A stretch of 64,000 nt of DNA from Lingula anatina (Eukaryota > Animalia > Brachiopoda): contig CM120641.1 of the NCBI GenBank assembly GCA_051362555.1, positions 8,308,001 to 8,372,000 on the forward strand, given 5' to 3'. Of the stretch, positions 24,928-39,876 are shown piece by piece (position 1 is the first letter of the stretch; each line of letters begins with the position of its first letter). Below the pieces are notes generated by a model. The model worked only from the letters and a program-made list of their open reading frames with translations, had not been told where the DNA came from and searched no databases. The translations under genes were made by a program, and so were the position numbers.

Positions 24928-26002
24928 ACCTGGTGCACATTCCTGCTTTAAAAACAGCATAAACTTTTTTTCAGATATTATTCATTATCATGTTTATTTG
25001 GGTACATCAAATAAGAATGCCCGTAAAATAGTTTACCTATCTACCTTTCTTCTTCATACTTTTCTACATTATTGTACCTATCAGTAATTTTGTGCCATTC
25101 CAAGGATGCCTGTTGATTGGCAACTATGTCATTTCAACATGTCTGTCATGTCTGTATGGCTACAATATTTTACTTCAGGCAATGCACAATCTTTACCAAA
25201 ATTTGAATGTAAAAGTTTTCATCATAAAGGAAAACTTAGCAGATATGATTTTGGGTTGTAAAGCAAAAAGTAGGAAGAAAGGACTAGGTGACCTTACAAC
25301 TGGATCTGATGGCAACTTATGCAGAAAATGCCAAGAAAAAAAAAAAAAAGATTCCTCATTTAAAAAGTTTTAGGTACAGACACAGCTGAGGCATGTATTC
25401 ACCACCTGGTAGAAAAAACATGGAATGGCACTAACTGAACACTTCGACTCCACTGAACATATCCACATGTTCTACTGGTAGTTTTACTCGTTTTATAACC
25501 AAGATTATATATCTTACATATATAGTTAGTCATGATATTCTCAGAATGATCTATCCTGACCTTTCCTTTCGCAGAAAACTAATCTCATGTAAATGTACAA
25601 TTACAGGGAAAAATAATTACATGTAAAAGTTAAAAGTTACATATACATATATATCCATAAAATACTGACCTCTGTCATATGGAAAGGGTCAAGTTTGGGG
25701 GGTTCTTTAATGTTAGGAAAATTTTACCATAAAGCATAGGAGGGTTCAAAGAAAACAACACACACACACACATACATTCAAAATAGTGAGAGTCATTTGT
25801 TAGATCTTAAAACACACTTGGGGATATCTACTTTTTTTGGAAGCATTTTTGGAAGCAAGCATCTTATGAATTTTTCCTCTTTGTTACATTGCTGAAATTG
25901 AGAAAAGTTATTTTTGACACTAAAGAACTGTCCAGCTCTTTCTTGTTTACATTTATAACAACTCCATTTTAAATGATGCTCATCTTCTTGTTCATTTCTA
26001 AT

Positions 26003-26360
26003 GCCCCTATTTCACACAGACCACGAATCCCATGAATCGCCAGGAATTGACAAATTTCAGGATTTGTGGTTGAATTGTAATCAGTTCGTGAAGTTCTTAA
26101 CAGATTCGTATATATTCGTAGTCAGTTCTTGCAATTCTTGATCAATCGGGAATTCGTGGCAAAAATTTTGAGCTGTTAAAAATTTTGGCCACAAACTCCC
26201 GATTCCAAAAAAATTGTAGTGAATTTTTTGACAATATTCGTGCGTTATTCCAGCTGAATTCCACGAATATTTGTAACACTATTGCACCTGTATCGTAACT
26301 GAATCGTAGAGCGTGTCGAATTAGCCAGAAAATTTGCAAAATCTCACAAATCCTCATAAA
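26003..26360. repeat. CpG-containing element with dispersed ACGAAT/ATTCGT motifs (DNA-transposon remnant)
   Basis: Several TTCGT/ACGAA words in 350 bp against a CpG-depleted background; begins GCCCCTATTTCACACAG. Confidence 0.45.
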
Positions 26361-27989
26361 TTTCCTACTTCACACAATTTCACACTTCCTACATGCAGGG
26401 ATTTAATTTAATTACTTTGATTTTTTATATAGCAGCTATCAGTGTCATTCATAGCGTTAATGTCGAAAGATAAACTTTTCATTTTATCTATTTTTTATCT
26501 ACAATTTTCATGGATCAATAGTGTTACTTTTTCTTAAGCTTTTTTTTAAAGGAAACTAAAATTTTCCAGTGCAATGAATATACCTGTAAGCTACACATGA
26601 TCATCAAAGACCAATGCATATGACAGAAATAAGCTTTAGCTTTCCAAATGACCTTACTGCGTCATCATCACACTCACAAACATAGTATATCAATAACAAC
26701 TGCCTAAAAAAACTATTATTTCTAAAATTCATCCCCTAAACACTTAAACCCACTCAGAACATGACTGCAATAAGGTTATTCAACATTGATACATTGCATG
26801 TAGACCGCAATACCACACTGTGTTGAAATGGCCTTGGAATTTGCCAGTTCAATTGCTCTATAAGTTTTAAAAAATCTCAATGTGTGCTTCATGGCCTTTT
26901 TTCCCTGTCACCTCCCACTTCCTACATGCACCCATCCCACGCAAAAAAAGAAAAAAAAACTGATTAGTTATAATTTTAATCTGCACGCAAAGTACGTCTC
27001 AGACATCCCCCTCCCACAACAGTGCACGTTCAAAAACATGCTTTCTTCCCACACTTGATTTAAATAGGTATTGGGCAGGAAGTTTAAGGGAACTAATAAA
27101 CATAATAATAATTGCTGGGACTGGATTGTAGAACTTACTTTTTCACCAATTTAGTAGAAAAGAGAGTACCTTAGTTAACATTATGGTTCTAGGACATCTT
27201 GCAATTAATTCCACTTATGAGATAATTTTTGTTCAGAGGCTGTAAACCCTGTAAACCTCTGATCTTATTTCAAAATACCCTCCTTCCCTTTGGCTCATGT
27301 TGAAACTAAGACAGTAAAGCAATATGTCTGGAACTATCTGATAACAGAAGCAGAACATATTTTGATCATTATATACCAGAAACTTTGACAGTAAAGTTGA
27401 ACCCTGAAGAAGTACTATTTAAGGATTACATGTTGAGACTCAGATGTGTGCTCTTTGGATTACATCACAAAAGTGATTGATACAATAATACTTAGATTCA
27501 GTTTTATGATCAAATGCAATAATAGCAGTGCTTTTGTGGTAAAAAATAAAACCATTTTTCAGTTTCAGGTTAGCTCGGCAACTAAAAAACATATTAATAT
27601 CAACTTTAAGGTATTATGTAGACAAAAGGATCAGAAAACACAATCTCAAATTGTTCTTAAATGGTTCACAGCATATTATTTGCATTAAAAAATATGTAAT
27701 TATATTTTTCAATAGACATCTTGCTACTGTGGGTCATAATTTTGAAATAAAGGAGGATCAATACATTAAAAAGGCCTACATTTGGCAAAATAGCTTCCTC
27801 TGCCTTTTATTTGAAATACTTATCCTAATCTTAGCATAATAAAAATAAACTTTCAAATCAGAAATTCTCTTTTAGTTTTAGTTTGTTTTTTTTTTTTTAG
27901 ACACCCCCTTGCTTCTGCACCTAGGAATTCCAAGAGTTAATCATCAATTTCACTGGTTTGGAAGTTGGTTTGAGATATAGTGATTGGTT

Positions 27990-29120
27990 TCTTAAGTAAC
28001 TCTGTACCTAAGTATTTAAGTAAGATATTATCATGAAAATTGGTATGGTTGACAACTTGCTTGTGAAATACAATCTGGCGCCAGAATTGGGTTAAACATT
28101 CTTGTTTAGGAGATATGAGCCCCTAATTACAATGTCCAATAAAATCAAGAGATTATTTGGCCTCTTTACTGATAAAATCAAAAGTTAGCCTTTAAAAAAT
28201 GCTAGCAGTGGATTGTAGTACTTATTGCTGTGATTAAATAGTAGTTCAAATGGTGTTGATAGCCATTCAGGGGTGAGGGATCTGTTTGAAATCGATATAA
28301 ATACAGTCTTCACCTCAAAATTGCTGCTGTTTCATTATCAGCTCAAGTTAGCTAACTCATTGATATGTTTGCAAGACATCTCATAACTTGACAGTTTATT
28401 TCTGTATATTCTTAGTGGATAAGGAAAAAATTCTTACACACCAATCTTCCTTAAGTAGGATTTTAAGGATGCTGTAACCCTTTATTATCATCCAGATACC
28501 AATACCCATTTTCTGTATCCAATTATTCAATGATGCGTCTATCTTTGTGCTGATTTTAAACAATAAAATAACCCTAGAAAATATAAAATATCTGCATTTA
28601 TATTTCTCATTGCAATTTTTAATCATTAATTTAATCTAATGCTATTTAAATACTATTAGAGACAGCAATAAGTATGGGACGTAACTTCATCCCTAAACAA
28701 GATTTTATTACGAAAATTGGCAGAGTTGACCACGATTCTATGGGCTACAGTCCCGTGCCATCATTTTGGTTTACATGTTTTTGTTATTGAGTTATGAGCC
28801 CCTAATTACAGATTTTTATTAAACAAAGGCATTATTTTGCTTTAACAATGATAAAATCTTCTAAGAAAAATCACTGTCAGGGTTTTGGAGTGCTAGAGGG
28901 TGTCATTAAATCAGAGTTGAAACAGTGATCGAGGATGCTCAAGTAAAGAAGAAATTTGAGAAACCGATTTTTCAGTTTTTATCCCAAAATTGCAATTGTG
29001 ACATCAACCAAAAGATGACATGTGTAAATGTTAATTAATTTAGTCAATGAACACTGAAGATTTATCTATTACCAAAAGAATGTATGTAAGGCAGTAAATG
29101 AGTTTTAGGCAAAGGGTGAC
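27990..29120 (-). mobile_element. Family C copy (28500-29120) preceded by an older diverged copy (27990-28330)
   Basis: Collinear similarity to 12250-12745; ATGAGCCCCTAATTACA is present in both parts. Confidence 0.7.
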
Positions 29121-32111
29121 AAAATCCTTAAAGTATATTTAGGATGCCTTTATCATATATTGTATATGTACTAAGTTTCTCTTGAAACAGATTATGGTCA
29201 TGTCCTAATCCCATAAAATGGAATTCATGAGAGGCTGGCTATATATAATAGAGCTTATTAACAGCCTACACTCATCATAACTGTGATAAGGATTCTTTAC
29301 TTATCGAAAACAGGTATAAACAGCCTACATTCATGTCTTAAAAAGAAAAAAAAGAATTTACACTGAACAGTAAATTTATAACTGTCTTTATAATGTGGCA
29401 GAGTATCAGTATAGAAAGACAGCCAACTTTATCGCTGATGACACATAAATAATCAAACAACAAGAAGACATACACAGAAAGAAATATTCCTCATAGATTC
29501 TGAATAAATAATAAATTTGAAACCAAAAGGTGTTTTTTCTTTTAAGTTCCAAAATGTGTTTTTGTTTCTTTTCAAAGTTGTGTTAAAATACAATTTCTGT
29601 GAGGCACAGATGGGGATAATTCGAAATAAGTGATCAGGTGAATGGGGAATTTTCCAGGCACATGACCAAGTGAATGGGCAAATGACCAAGAAAGTGACTT
29701 AGGGCACTATAAGAGTTCAGAGCATTGAAAGCTGGTCTGAAAGTACTGCACCCACATTATAAAAAGAAAGAAACAGTTAATGCTTCTCACCACTGGTAAT
29801 TTTCTAATAGGACAAATAAATTTATCCTAAATTTTTGCCCCTAAGTTTAGAGAAATTTTGTCTGTTGGTGGTTTAAGGAACAAAATGTTGTCAAATCGCA
29901 TCGTCAGGCCTTGTAAGTGTGACCTTGGGATGTTTCTTCTTTATTCCTCTTCCTCTTTTTCTTTGTCTTTTCTTCCTTCACAATCTTGTATTTCACCTTT
30001 ACTTTAATGGTAAGCACACACTTAAATACTTTACTTTAAAAATCCTATCCTTAGCATCCATCTATTCTACCATCTGCTACAGATATCTGATTATTACATT
30101 TGCTCTATTGTTGATAGCCCAGATGAGAAAGCTGTGGTGCTGTCATGTTTTTACTTTCATGTTTCAGTGGCTTTAACATGTGACTCTTCCTGCCCCTCCC
30201 CCACCTTCTCATTCTTTTATGTTTCTAAATGAGACTTGAGACTTTTACAAATTTGACCCATTGCATGACAAGAAAAGTCTGTCAAGCAGTTCTCTCTCTG
30301 CCTCCCACAAGTCACGTTAATTTGCACACTTTCCTTCACTCCCACTTGTACATACTTTGATAAAAATAAAGAAAACCAGTGAAGTAAACATTTAAAATTC
30401 TCAGAAGTTATCTTAAAACAATTCAATGAAATCCAACACAGCACAATAGGACTGCGAGGTATGGCCTCTGTGTTTTAAATGTTTTGGGTTTTATAATATC
30501 CTTGCTGCACTCAATACCTAAAAGCACTATCTGTACATGCAATGCCAAAATCAAGAATGCTGTGAGCTTTTCTTGGATAATACCTTCTTGAAGAATGCCA
30601 AATGCCTCTATCCAACTGATAGGTACTTTCTCAATCACAATGGGGGCAACATGCTAAAAGGTAAAATAAGAACTGCATAGACAAGTTGTGTTTGAATCAT
30701 ACAAAGGGATAACCAGCTTTATAAACACTGGATTGTAATCAAGTGGATCAGTCCAGTTAAGGGCCTGTCTGGAACATAAAGGGTACTATGGTAGAGGGTT
30801 GCTGAAGGCAAAATAAAAGGAACATATCCCTGGTCAGGGCATGGATGATAAAGAGACTAAAAGACTTGAAGCAGCTTGTTAGTGTATTAAAGACAGTCAC
30901 TTATTCCAAGTCATCATACATAATGCAAAAGCTATTGATTCCAATCTGTTGATTCTAATGTTTTATATGTAAGAGGCAAAATCATGTAGTACGTAAATTG
31001 AAATATTGTTGAATTTTAATGGATTCTTTGTCTGTTTGAAATATCTTAAATTCAAACCTTTAATTTTTGATCTGCCTGTAAGTCTATGTCACTATTAGAT
31101 ATACAACAAGTAAAACTTTCAAGAATGAAATATTATAAGGATGCTGAAAATTAATACAAATTACACAGCATGATAAATTCTGAAAAAAGACTGACTTGAA
31201 CTAGTCATGCATTTCTTTTTAGACACAGCTTCTGACTTTGACCCAACCTAATGGGTGTCCATCTATTGATTTTTTTGCCTTCCAACTTCAACAATCCTAT
31301 TGTTTCCCACACTTTTAAACCATTCACACAGAAATCTATCAGTAGAAGAATGAAGGTTGCAGTAGGCTAAAGCTTACACAGACACAAACTTGTTCCATTC
31401 AGTTGACGGGACAGCCTACAAGAATCTGAAGTTCATGGTAACTCAGTATGATTAACAGAACTCAATCTTCTACAAATATCTTCTTCCTTGTCCTATTTGA
31501 TTAAAAATAAATAAGAAAAATATGTTTATCAAGTGGAAGTAATTGAACAATGGCACAACAGTAATCACATTACAATACTAACTGAGAAAGTTTGCGACCG
31601 CATGGGAACAGTGCTGCTTCCTGGCTTCTGGTCAGATCCCAAGTCTAGACAGCCATCGGTGGTCAGCTGATGACAGCAATTGCATTGCCTTTAGATGACA
31701 GCAATTGTATTGCCTTTACTCCCTCAATGAAGCTGCCATTATGGATTTAGTTTACATTGGTTGCTAAGGAGCCATGACTAAGCTGAGAGCCAGTATTGCA
31801 TGTTGGAACTATCTATACAGCTATTTACACCCACTCACAGGTGGACACACACAGAACAATCTACACAGCTCAGGGAGATGGACAGCATATTCCTGTAGGT
31901 ACCTAACATGGGGTCATACCTAAAATTGGAATTGATCATACTACTTGGAAAGCAGTTTTATAGATGGTTCAAGGCAAGCAAGAAATGATAGTTCTTACTC
32001 TTGAATGTCTATAGCATACATGTAATATGAAATATGACAGTAATACATAAAGAAAAATAAATATGTAAATAAATGCAACAAGTTTTAAAGACAACACAAA
32101 TTGAAACTTAC

Positions 32112-32177
32112 CAACTGATCAAATGCTTGCTAGGACTTTATAATAACTTGTTAGGCAACTTATTTTGATTATAAGAT
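32112..32177 (-). other. Candidate non-coding 5'UTR exon of the klu-like gene
   Basis: Acceptor tttttattttcag and donor TTG|gtaagt; 66 nt. Confidence 0.45.
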
Positions 32178-33998
32178 CTGAAAATAAAAATAAATCAGTT
32201 GTGGTTATTGTATTCCTATTAAGTCATTATGATGTAAAAATAAACTTGCAATTCAGTTAAAAATACATTATCATAGTCAAGCCATAAATAAATATGCCCA
32301 CACATTTGGCAAAAATCAGTAGTACTAATATTAGCATTTAGAGTGAGACCTTAACACTTGTGCTCTGTGGTATGACTACAGCAAAGATTATGTCAGAATG
32401 GGGCAACTGTGTATATCTGGCATAGGTGGCCTATTGCTGGCCTGAGAACTATCAATTTACTACAATTAACTAATGAAGTTAAAAAGAAAGTATGGTTTAT
32501 GCACAATATTAATCAATAAACAGCCTCACTCTACCTGTCTGAACACACACATACATAATGCACAATGCTACAGAAGGCCTCAGAACCATGCCAAATTTTA
32601 CCTGTGTAAATGCACCCTGTTAACTGAAAGCCACAGCAGGCTTACTCTGGGCAGGCAGAATGCATTAACCTGACCTCAGTACTGAGGTAGCAGTCTGTAT
32701 GACCTTATAACTAACGTCTTCCTCAAGCTGAATCGATCTCACCTCAGGGCACATATAACCACATACATATTAGTTGGAAGACCTTTTAATATGTGTTCCA
32801 ACTATGATAATGCACTTTAAAAACTCTCTCTTAACCAGTATGTGAGAGATATAAAAATTTGTTGTCTTTAACTAAAATTTATACATTTTTGCTCAAGTAT
32901 TTTTTCTGCCGCTGCTTCATTTCACTGCCTCTTGTGACCAGTGATAGAAACAACTGCATTAACAGGCAATTATATATATCCACAACATCCTGGTTCCTTG
33001 TGCAAATGATGAATCACTTGGTTTCTTTATACATTGTGATTTGTGCATTGTTTACTTCCTCCCCTACAATAAATACTATTGTTATTGTTATTTGCTTGAA
33101 AAATCAATCTCATTTAATTAAAAGAACTTCTGTGGCCAGAAAAAGACTGGATCTTGTGGCAGGTAACTGGTTCAACAAGTACAGCCATTTCCACTAATAT
33201 AAACCTGTTTTCTCGGTAATCACCAGATTTATAGGTGTATTTACCATGAATGAGTCCTCTCCAAATTGTTATTCAGGTCTCTGTAATCCATTACAGGCCT
33301 TGATGAACTAGCTGTGATGAAGGGCAGAACATAACCTAACTCTTAAAGCCTGATTAAAGTACTAAAAATATAATTATACTTACTAACCTGACACGAGAGA
33401 CTGGTATCAGGTAGAGCCATGTTGTGTTTCAATAAAAGATTAATCAAGTGCTTCACATCAAAATATGCCAATCAATCTCGGACTGAAACATTTATACATG
33501 TAATTCTGCCTTTTGAGCAGATTCAGCAAGAAAGCCAGTCCCAGGTATAATTGTTCTCCTGAGGATAATCCTGTGCTTCATTTAACAATGTGTATTGTAC
33601 ATAAAGACTTATATGAATATTTCACCACATACCAATGTTATGACAGTAAGGCACATTAACACAGGTAAAAACAATACTATCTATAGTTTTTAACATAAAT
33701 AATTGCTTGTGAGTTATAATCAGAAGTTACCAGCCCAGCAGCAAACCACATTAACATTGCTAAATTTCATTGATGAAGGTGGACTATTGCCCTACTGTAT
33801 CCCAACTGTTCACTGCAACTGATAGCATGAAAAATCATGCATCAGCACTTTTATTTATACTATGTGATATCAAATATATGTGCTAATGTATAAAAAATAT
33901 AGGCAGCAATTGTGGCTGTTCACCTTAGTGTGAGTACAGAGATTGCCTTTTGATAATGAAGAGTGGTAATATAATAAGAGTTTTTTTGTTATACTTAA

Positions 33999-34332
33999 AA
34001 GTACACTCCATGGGTTTGAAAATATCCAAAATGCTTATTTTTGCCATCCACAGCTTCTTAAAACATTGCATACACCTTAAAAATGATTTAACCCCTGAAA
34101 AAAATTTTTCTGGAACATACCTGATGTTGATATTTCTGTTGGAGCTTACTGGAAAATAGCCACTGTTATAATGACTAGCCACTCATTTTAAGCTAAAATC
34201 AACCTTTTTAAATTTTAGCAAAGGTTGAATCCAAGTGCAGAAAGAGATAGATAAATGATTTCTGAGTACAAGAAAATTGCTTATTATCCTGAGAAAATCC
34301 ATTTTGGCAGGTAAATTTCATGGAGTGTACCT
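33999..34332. mobile_element. Kolobok-like non-autonomous element
   Basis: TTAA-AAGTACACTCCATG ... CATGGAGTGTACCT-TTAA: 14-bp TIR, purine-purine start, TTAA TSD. Confidence 0.7.
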
Positions 34333-34496
34333 TTAACTGACCACTTACAATCAATCAATTTGCAAATCTGACCCTTAAGAAAAGGTTAAAGGCCAGATGT
34401 TGGTCACTATTTCTTATTTTAAGTTCATCTGAGGCCGTATGACTTCCACCTGAAAGAATGCTGTTGAGGGCTAAGATTGTTTGGTACTGTGTAACT

Positions 34497-34736
34497 CTTT
34501 CATTGGCAATGGCAGCATTCACAACCAAAGTTGAGTCGCGGACTAAAAGATACCCCAGGTATGTGGATTAAATATGGCCAACCCACTTGAAAGCTTACCG
34601 CGTAATCCCCACAGGGAATCTATTCAGAGTCTGTTAAGGGATTACACGGCAGGCTTACAAGCAAGTCGGCCATATTTGATCTGTGGATTTGTTAGTCTGC
34701 GAATCAACTTGTTCTGATTGTGCCCAATGACAAAGA
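34497..34736. mobile_element. Unrelated ~240-bp imperfect palindrome (MITE-like)
   Basis: AAGTTGAGTCGCGGACTAA/TTAGTCTGCGAATCAACTT, AAATATGGCC/GGCCATATTT and CCGCGTAATCCC/GGGATTACACGG pair symmetrically. Confidence 0.7.
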
Positions 34737-36683
34737 TCTCATCCTTATTTGGATATGTGACATTTCATTTATTTAATCTGCTTAAATGTAATAAAAAGGA
34801 TAAAATCTAATTGAACTTTATCATGCAGGATACAAAGTTTAAAATTTTGTTTTGTGTTTTAGTGTTTTTATGAGTACCTCCCTTGTTCTACTGGTACTTT
34901 GTGGGACAAAAGTCTTCATTTTGAAATACAATCCACATTTTTTTTTTTTTTTTTGGGGGGGGGGTTACTGGCTTGGGTAAGATATCATAATACAAAGATA
35001 TTGTATTGCAAAATTATTCATTAAGTACTTATACAATAATCTTTTACTAGATGATGATATTTCACCAGACAAATTTTGTCTGAAGTTACAACATGAGACA
35101 ATCTGAAGAAAATAATCCATTTGTAAAACATTCAATCAAACCAGGGTTACCTAATTTTCAACAGTTTTTATATAATTTTGAGTTAACAGGATTAACATTT
35201 TTTCTGAAAATGTCTTACTTCAAAGTTCAATAAAGACTGTTATGAACAATATCACAATACGACAATATCATTTCCATGTACAATATGTGAGCAACTACAT
35301 TTGTATCTCTAAATGAAATCACTTGTAAAATTCCATTATTACATTATCCCTTATCAAAGCAACCTTAAAATCCCTCCAGGGACATGATAAGAACTTTAAC
35401 CTGAAAGACTTAACCTTTAGGACAAAAAATTACGTCTACTTTGACCCAAAATGAATCAGTAGAAGTCTGATTAAATTAACTATTGCTTCTGCTTAATAAC
35501 AAGGAAGACATGGTTAATGTTCCAGACCATTTTCTTACTTCATTCAAGTAGACTAACATAAGATTAATATTGAACTGAAATAGAACAAATTGTTATCTTA
35601 AAGTTTTGACCAATTTTTGGGCTAAAATTCTTATGTGAAACTAGCCCCAGCACTCTTCCGGAATATTTCCACTCAAATCACTCCATGCCATAACTCTTCT
35701 TCAGAGGCATTTACAGGCAGCTAAATTAAGACTGCATGGAGTTTATTCACGGAAATGGTTTCCAAGTTGTAGGCTGGATGTGGGTGGAAGCATTTGGCTT
35801 TGACCTTGAGGTACTTTAAAGCTTAATAGTCCCCATCTTGCCAACAGTCCCAAGCTGAGTTTCTACTCTAAAAATTACCTTCCTTTATAGGATGCAGCGA
35901 ATAAAGGAGGAAAAGAAAAAAAAAGAAAAATTCTCCGATTTTGTGTCATTATCCCATATCTGGATATTTAATTCAAATAAAAAATGTATCCAATTTTATA
36001 AAGTATCACTGCCCATTTCCTGGGCCTGTACATCTTCATGCCCACTAACATCCTCTTTTCCTGCCAGTAATCAGTCTTGAAATTAAATCACAGTTATCCA
36101 GTCCATCACTCCTCCACTGGGATTATAGAAAAATTTAATCACACATGATCCTTCCCTGAAAAAGCCTTTTAAAAACAAATTATCAATGCCCATCTCTCAT
36201 GCTTACCAGACAAGTGCAGCTATTGTGTAATTATGCATACAACCTATTGAACTCTTGTCTAGATTGTGGGTTTCCTTACTAAAAGATCACAATTTAATGG
36301 TGAAGATAATGTCAGTGACTTTTTTCATGCATCATAATTAACTGAAGAATGTTGACACACTTCATTGTACATATTTTTCTTCGATTTCAAATCAAAAGGT
36401 TATCAGCTTTTTACTAGTATATATTTACAATTAAATTCTTAGGAAGCGTGCAAGATACAAATAACCACGATAAATGTTATTTGCTTCCATGGTATCTACA
36501 GAAATAAGAGCAGCATTTTAGGTAATTTCTACATATTTGACTAGCTCTACATATTCATAGATTTTTATTCTTTCTTTTCTCATTCAATCACAAGTTGTCT
36601 GGCCCACAATATATGGTGGTTAAGACTGATCAGAGAAATCAGGGACAAACCACTTCATCAAGTCTTTCAAGTTTCAATATTAC

Positions 36684-36952
36684 CTGACAAATTTATTGTT
36701 CTCATTAGTAACTGAATGATGCAGCAGACCGTCGACCAAGCTGTCTTTTGTAACAACTAAGAACTTTCAATAAATCATCTCCAAAGTACGAAGGCGGAAA
36801 ATGCTCACAAGCTATTCTATTTATAATGGATGGTGGAGGAAGATCACCATTCTCTGCAGTTCCAGCTATCCTTTTTCTTGTCCCTTGCTCAAAGAATTGG
36901 CATAATTGGCCTGGATAATCAATAAGAGCAAACAAATAATGCCTGTTCCTGG
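36684..36952 (-). other. Candidate 5'UTR exon of the klu-like gene
   Basis: Acceptor ttttgttgtcttacag and donor CAG|gtaata; higher GC/CpG than its flanks. Confidence 0.35.
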
Positions 36953-38219
36953 CTGTAAGACAACAAAATCAAATATCCTGACGTATAGGCATTAGTGAAA
37001 TACATCCACTTCCTTTTTCTGCGTCAATGCCTGAAAAGATACCCACTTTCCCGTAGAAATTCAAAAATAGCAAAAATCAGATGGGCGCAAACCACCCATT
37101 TCCTAAAGCTTTTTACACACAAATACCTCTTGAGTGTACTTGACGTCACCAGGTCTTCATCGTCTCTCCAGTCCAATACCCAGCAGACTTCAAATCCGGA
37201 ATCACTTTAATTACAGCCTAATTTCAGCCAACACAAATCCCACAACTACACACAAGCTAAAATAAGATGCAATAAGCCGAACTGAGTTCAATCCAATTCT
37301 TTATATCTTCTAGTTTAAGTGGTATTCCTAATCAAACATTACATAAAGATGACAATGAAACAGCGCAGATTTTTAATATGCTCCGGCTTACTGCCTCCAA
37401 CAAACTTTTTACTCAATCTGTAAGAATGTATACTTCTTCAGTCTCTCAAGATTTTTTTTTCTTTTTACAATTGTTTTACCTGCAGGATGTCATACAGTAT
37501 TATATTAACTATTCATGAATGACGACTTAATTTTTCACAAACATTCCAAGTCTTTTGGGTCATGGCCCACTTACCATTGGATAGCAATACGGAAAAATTC
37601 TACAAGTTATGGGTAGTAAACATACCAATGTATCTATCTGTCTTTTCAGAAGGCAGGTGAAAAATTGACTACATTGCTTCATGTGGAGAAACAGGATGTC
37701 AAAAGAGCACCATAACAGAATGGCTCAATCTAGGACTCATTTACTTACTTCCTGTTTGGGGGGGGGGGGCATTACTCTGTGTGTGTGTGTGTGTGTGTAG
37801 GTGTGTGTGTGTGTGCATGCGTGCGCATACGTGCGTATGTATATGTGCATGTTTAGAGAGGGCAAATACCTTACTAGTAATTTTTTTTCAACACATTATC
37901 AATATAGAATAATACCAGACACTTACGGGATATAATTCTACAAAAATTCTTAGAAAATGCCAAAATGGCTCAAGCTGCCAATTGTGCTTGTTTTTGTCTG
38001 TTCTTGACTAGGTGACCTACAGAACTGGACCATGTTTCATCTCCAATACCCAATGTGAGTGTTCTTAGAGAGACTAAGTACTATCTCCATGGACCATATC
38101 AAATGCATCACTTCATACCAGGAACTACTTCTCCCATCTGCTATCATCTGGGACCACAATGGTATAGCAGTCAGCATCAACTAAAAGCATCCTTGGTTAA
38201 GTCTTGCATTTTAAGGGTA

Positions 38220-39355
38220 TTGTCACCCTTCGCCCAAAACTCCTTATTTACTGGCTTGCATAGATTCTTTTGGGTAATAAATACATATTTATTGTTCAAT
38301 GAATAAATTAATTAACATTTACACATATGTCATCTTACGAGTGACGTCATAATAATTGCTATTTTGGGGTAAAAACTGAAAAATCGGTTTCTCAAATTTC
38401 TCTTTTACCTGAGCACCCACGATCACCATTTCAACGCCAATATAATGACATCATTTAGTACTCCAAAACCCTGCCAGTGTTTTTTCTGAAAAGTTTTAGT
38501 TCGAACTTCATCATTTATAAAATAATGCCATTGTTTAATGAAAATCAGTAATTAGGGACTCATAACTCCATAACAAAAACATAAAAACCAAAATGATAGC
38601 ACAGGATTGTAGCCCATAGAATCATGATCAACTCTTACAATTTTTGTGATAAAATTTTGTTCAGGGATGAAGTTATGCCCCATACCGTTTGCTATCTCAC
38701 CTCAAATATTCAGGCCTACCCAACCACCAGAATCGGCACATAAGGATCCTGAATTAACCGGTATTTCGGACCACACTACCCGTTTTCAAGGTGTGTGTCA
38801 GATTGCATGTCATACCCCAGAGCAAATTTTGTAAGACGACCGCAGGCTCATCCTGTCGGTGTTCTGACTGATACTCCGAAATGCGATCTGACACACACCT
38901 TGACAACGGGTAGTGTGGTCCGGTATACCAATTAATTCAGGATCCTTATGTGCCAAGTCTGGTAGTTGGGTAGGCCTGAAATTGGAACGAAAAAATAAAC
39001 GCTGATATTTTATATTTTCATTGTTTTAAATCAGCACAAAATAATTTATTATATACAGATTTTGATGAAATTTTTAGGATAGGCAAAAAATGGGCAAAGG
39101 AAGAAATTATTAGAAATTGGTGATGATTAACAGATTAATGGTTACTTATAGGTAATTATTTGATATTTGATATTTTCATTGTTTTAAATCAGCACAAAAT
39201 AATTAATTATGTACAGATTTTGATGAAATTTTTAGGATAGGCAAGAAATGGGCAAAGGAAGATATTATTAGATTTTGGTGATGATTAACAGATTAATGAC
39301 TACTTATAGGTAATTATTTGTCTTAGCAAAGGTTGCACCGAGTGCTTTTCTAGTT
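38220..39355 (+). mobile_element. Non-autonomous Helentron/HINE-like element (family C) with an internal ~158-bp tandem duplication, interrupted by MITE B
   Basis: The 5' ACCCTTCGCC pairs with the 3' GCAAAGGT subTIR, followed by a GCAC-CGA-GTGC hairpin and TTTTCTAGTT (39335-39355). Tandem duplication at 39003-39320. Homologous to 12250-12745 and 28500-29120 on the opposite strand. Confidence 0.6.
38711..38978. mobile_element. Long-TIR MITE (family B), copy 1, nested in a Helentron-like element
   Basis: ~100-bp TIRs beginning CAGGCCTACCCAAC; flanks ATATT/AAATT. Confidence 0.85.
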
Positions 39356-39841
39356 TATATGATCAAACATTAAGGTCTGTTTCTAATTCTGTTTATAATT
39401 ATTTTTAATTGTGCCAATATCTGCTGTTGACAGTGTTTAAAGATGCTCTAGATCTCTTTCTATGCTACCTAGACTGAGGTCACTGCGACCCAGTATCATT
39501 AATTGCGCATGCATGTCATAAAGTGTTCATTTTTCCCTTGCCCCTCATTTTTTCGCATAAAATTTTGCAAATTTTGAACAACTGATAATTGCATTATTTT
39601 CTATAAATTTGTGACATAAATTGATATATATATCTAATACTTAATATTTTGGTCCATTAACCCCTGACAGGTTTACACATGCATGGCAAGAAGGGTTCAT
39701 GCATTCTTCCTTAACTGATTGAAAGAATACTGATCAATATTATATTGCACATATTTGCTATTCAGTTTTACAGAAGATCCCTTCTGATGTCTCTAGGGTT
39801 ATTTTTTATTTCTCTTTTCTGCTTTGTTGCAAGGGCTCACC

Positions 39842-39876
<35 letters not shown>

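Noticed and set aside
36705-36935. 76-aa ORF as an independent small protein
   Set aside because: Non-ATG start and no recognisable motif; better explained as part of a candidate UTR exon.
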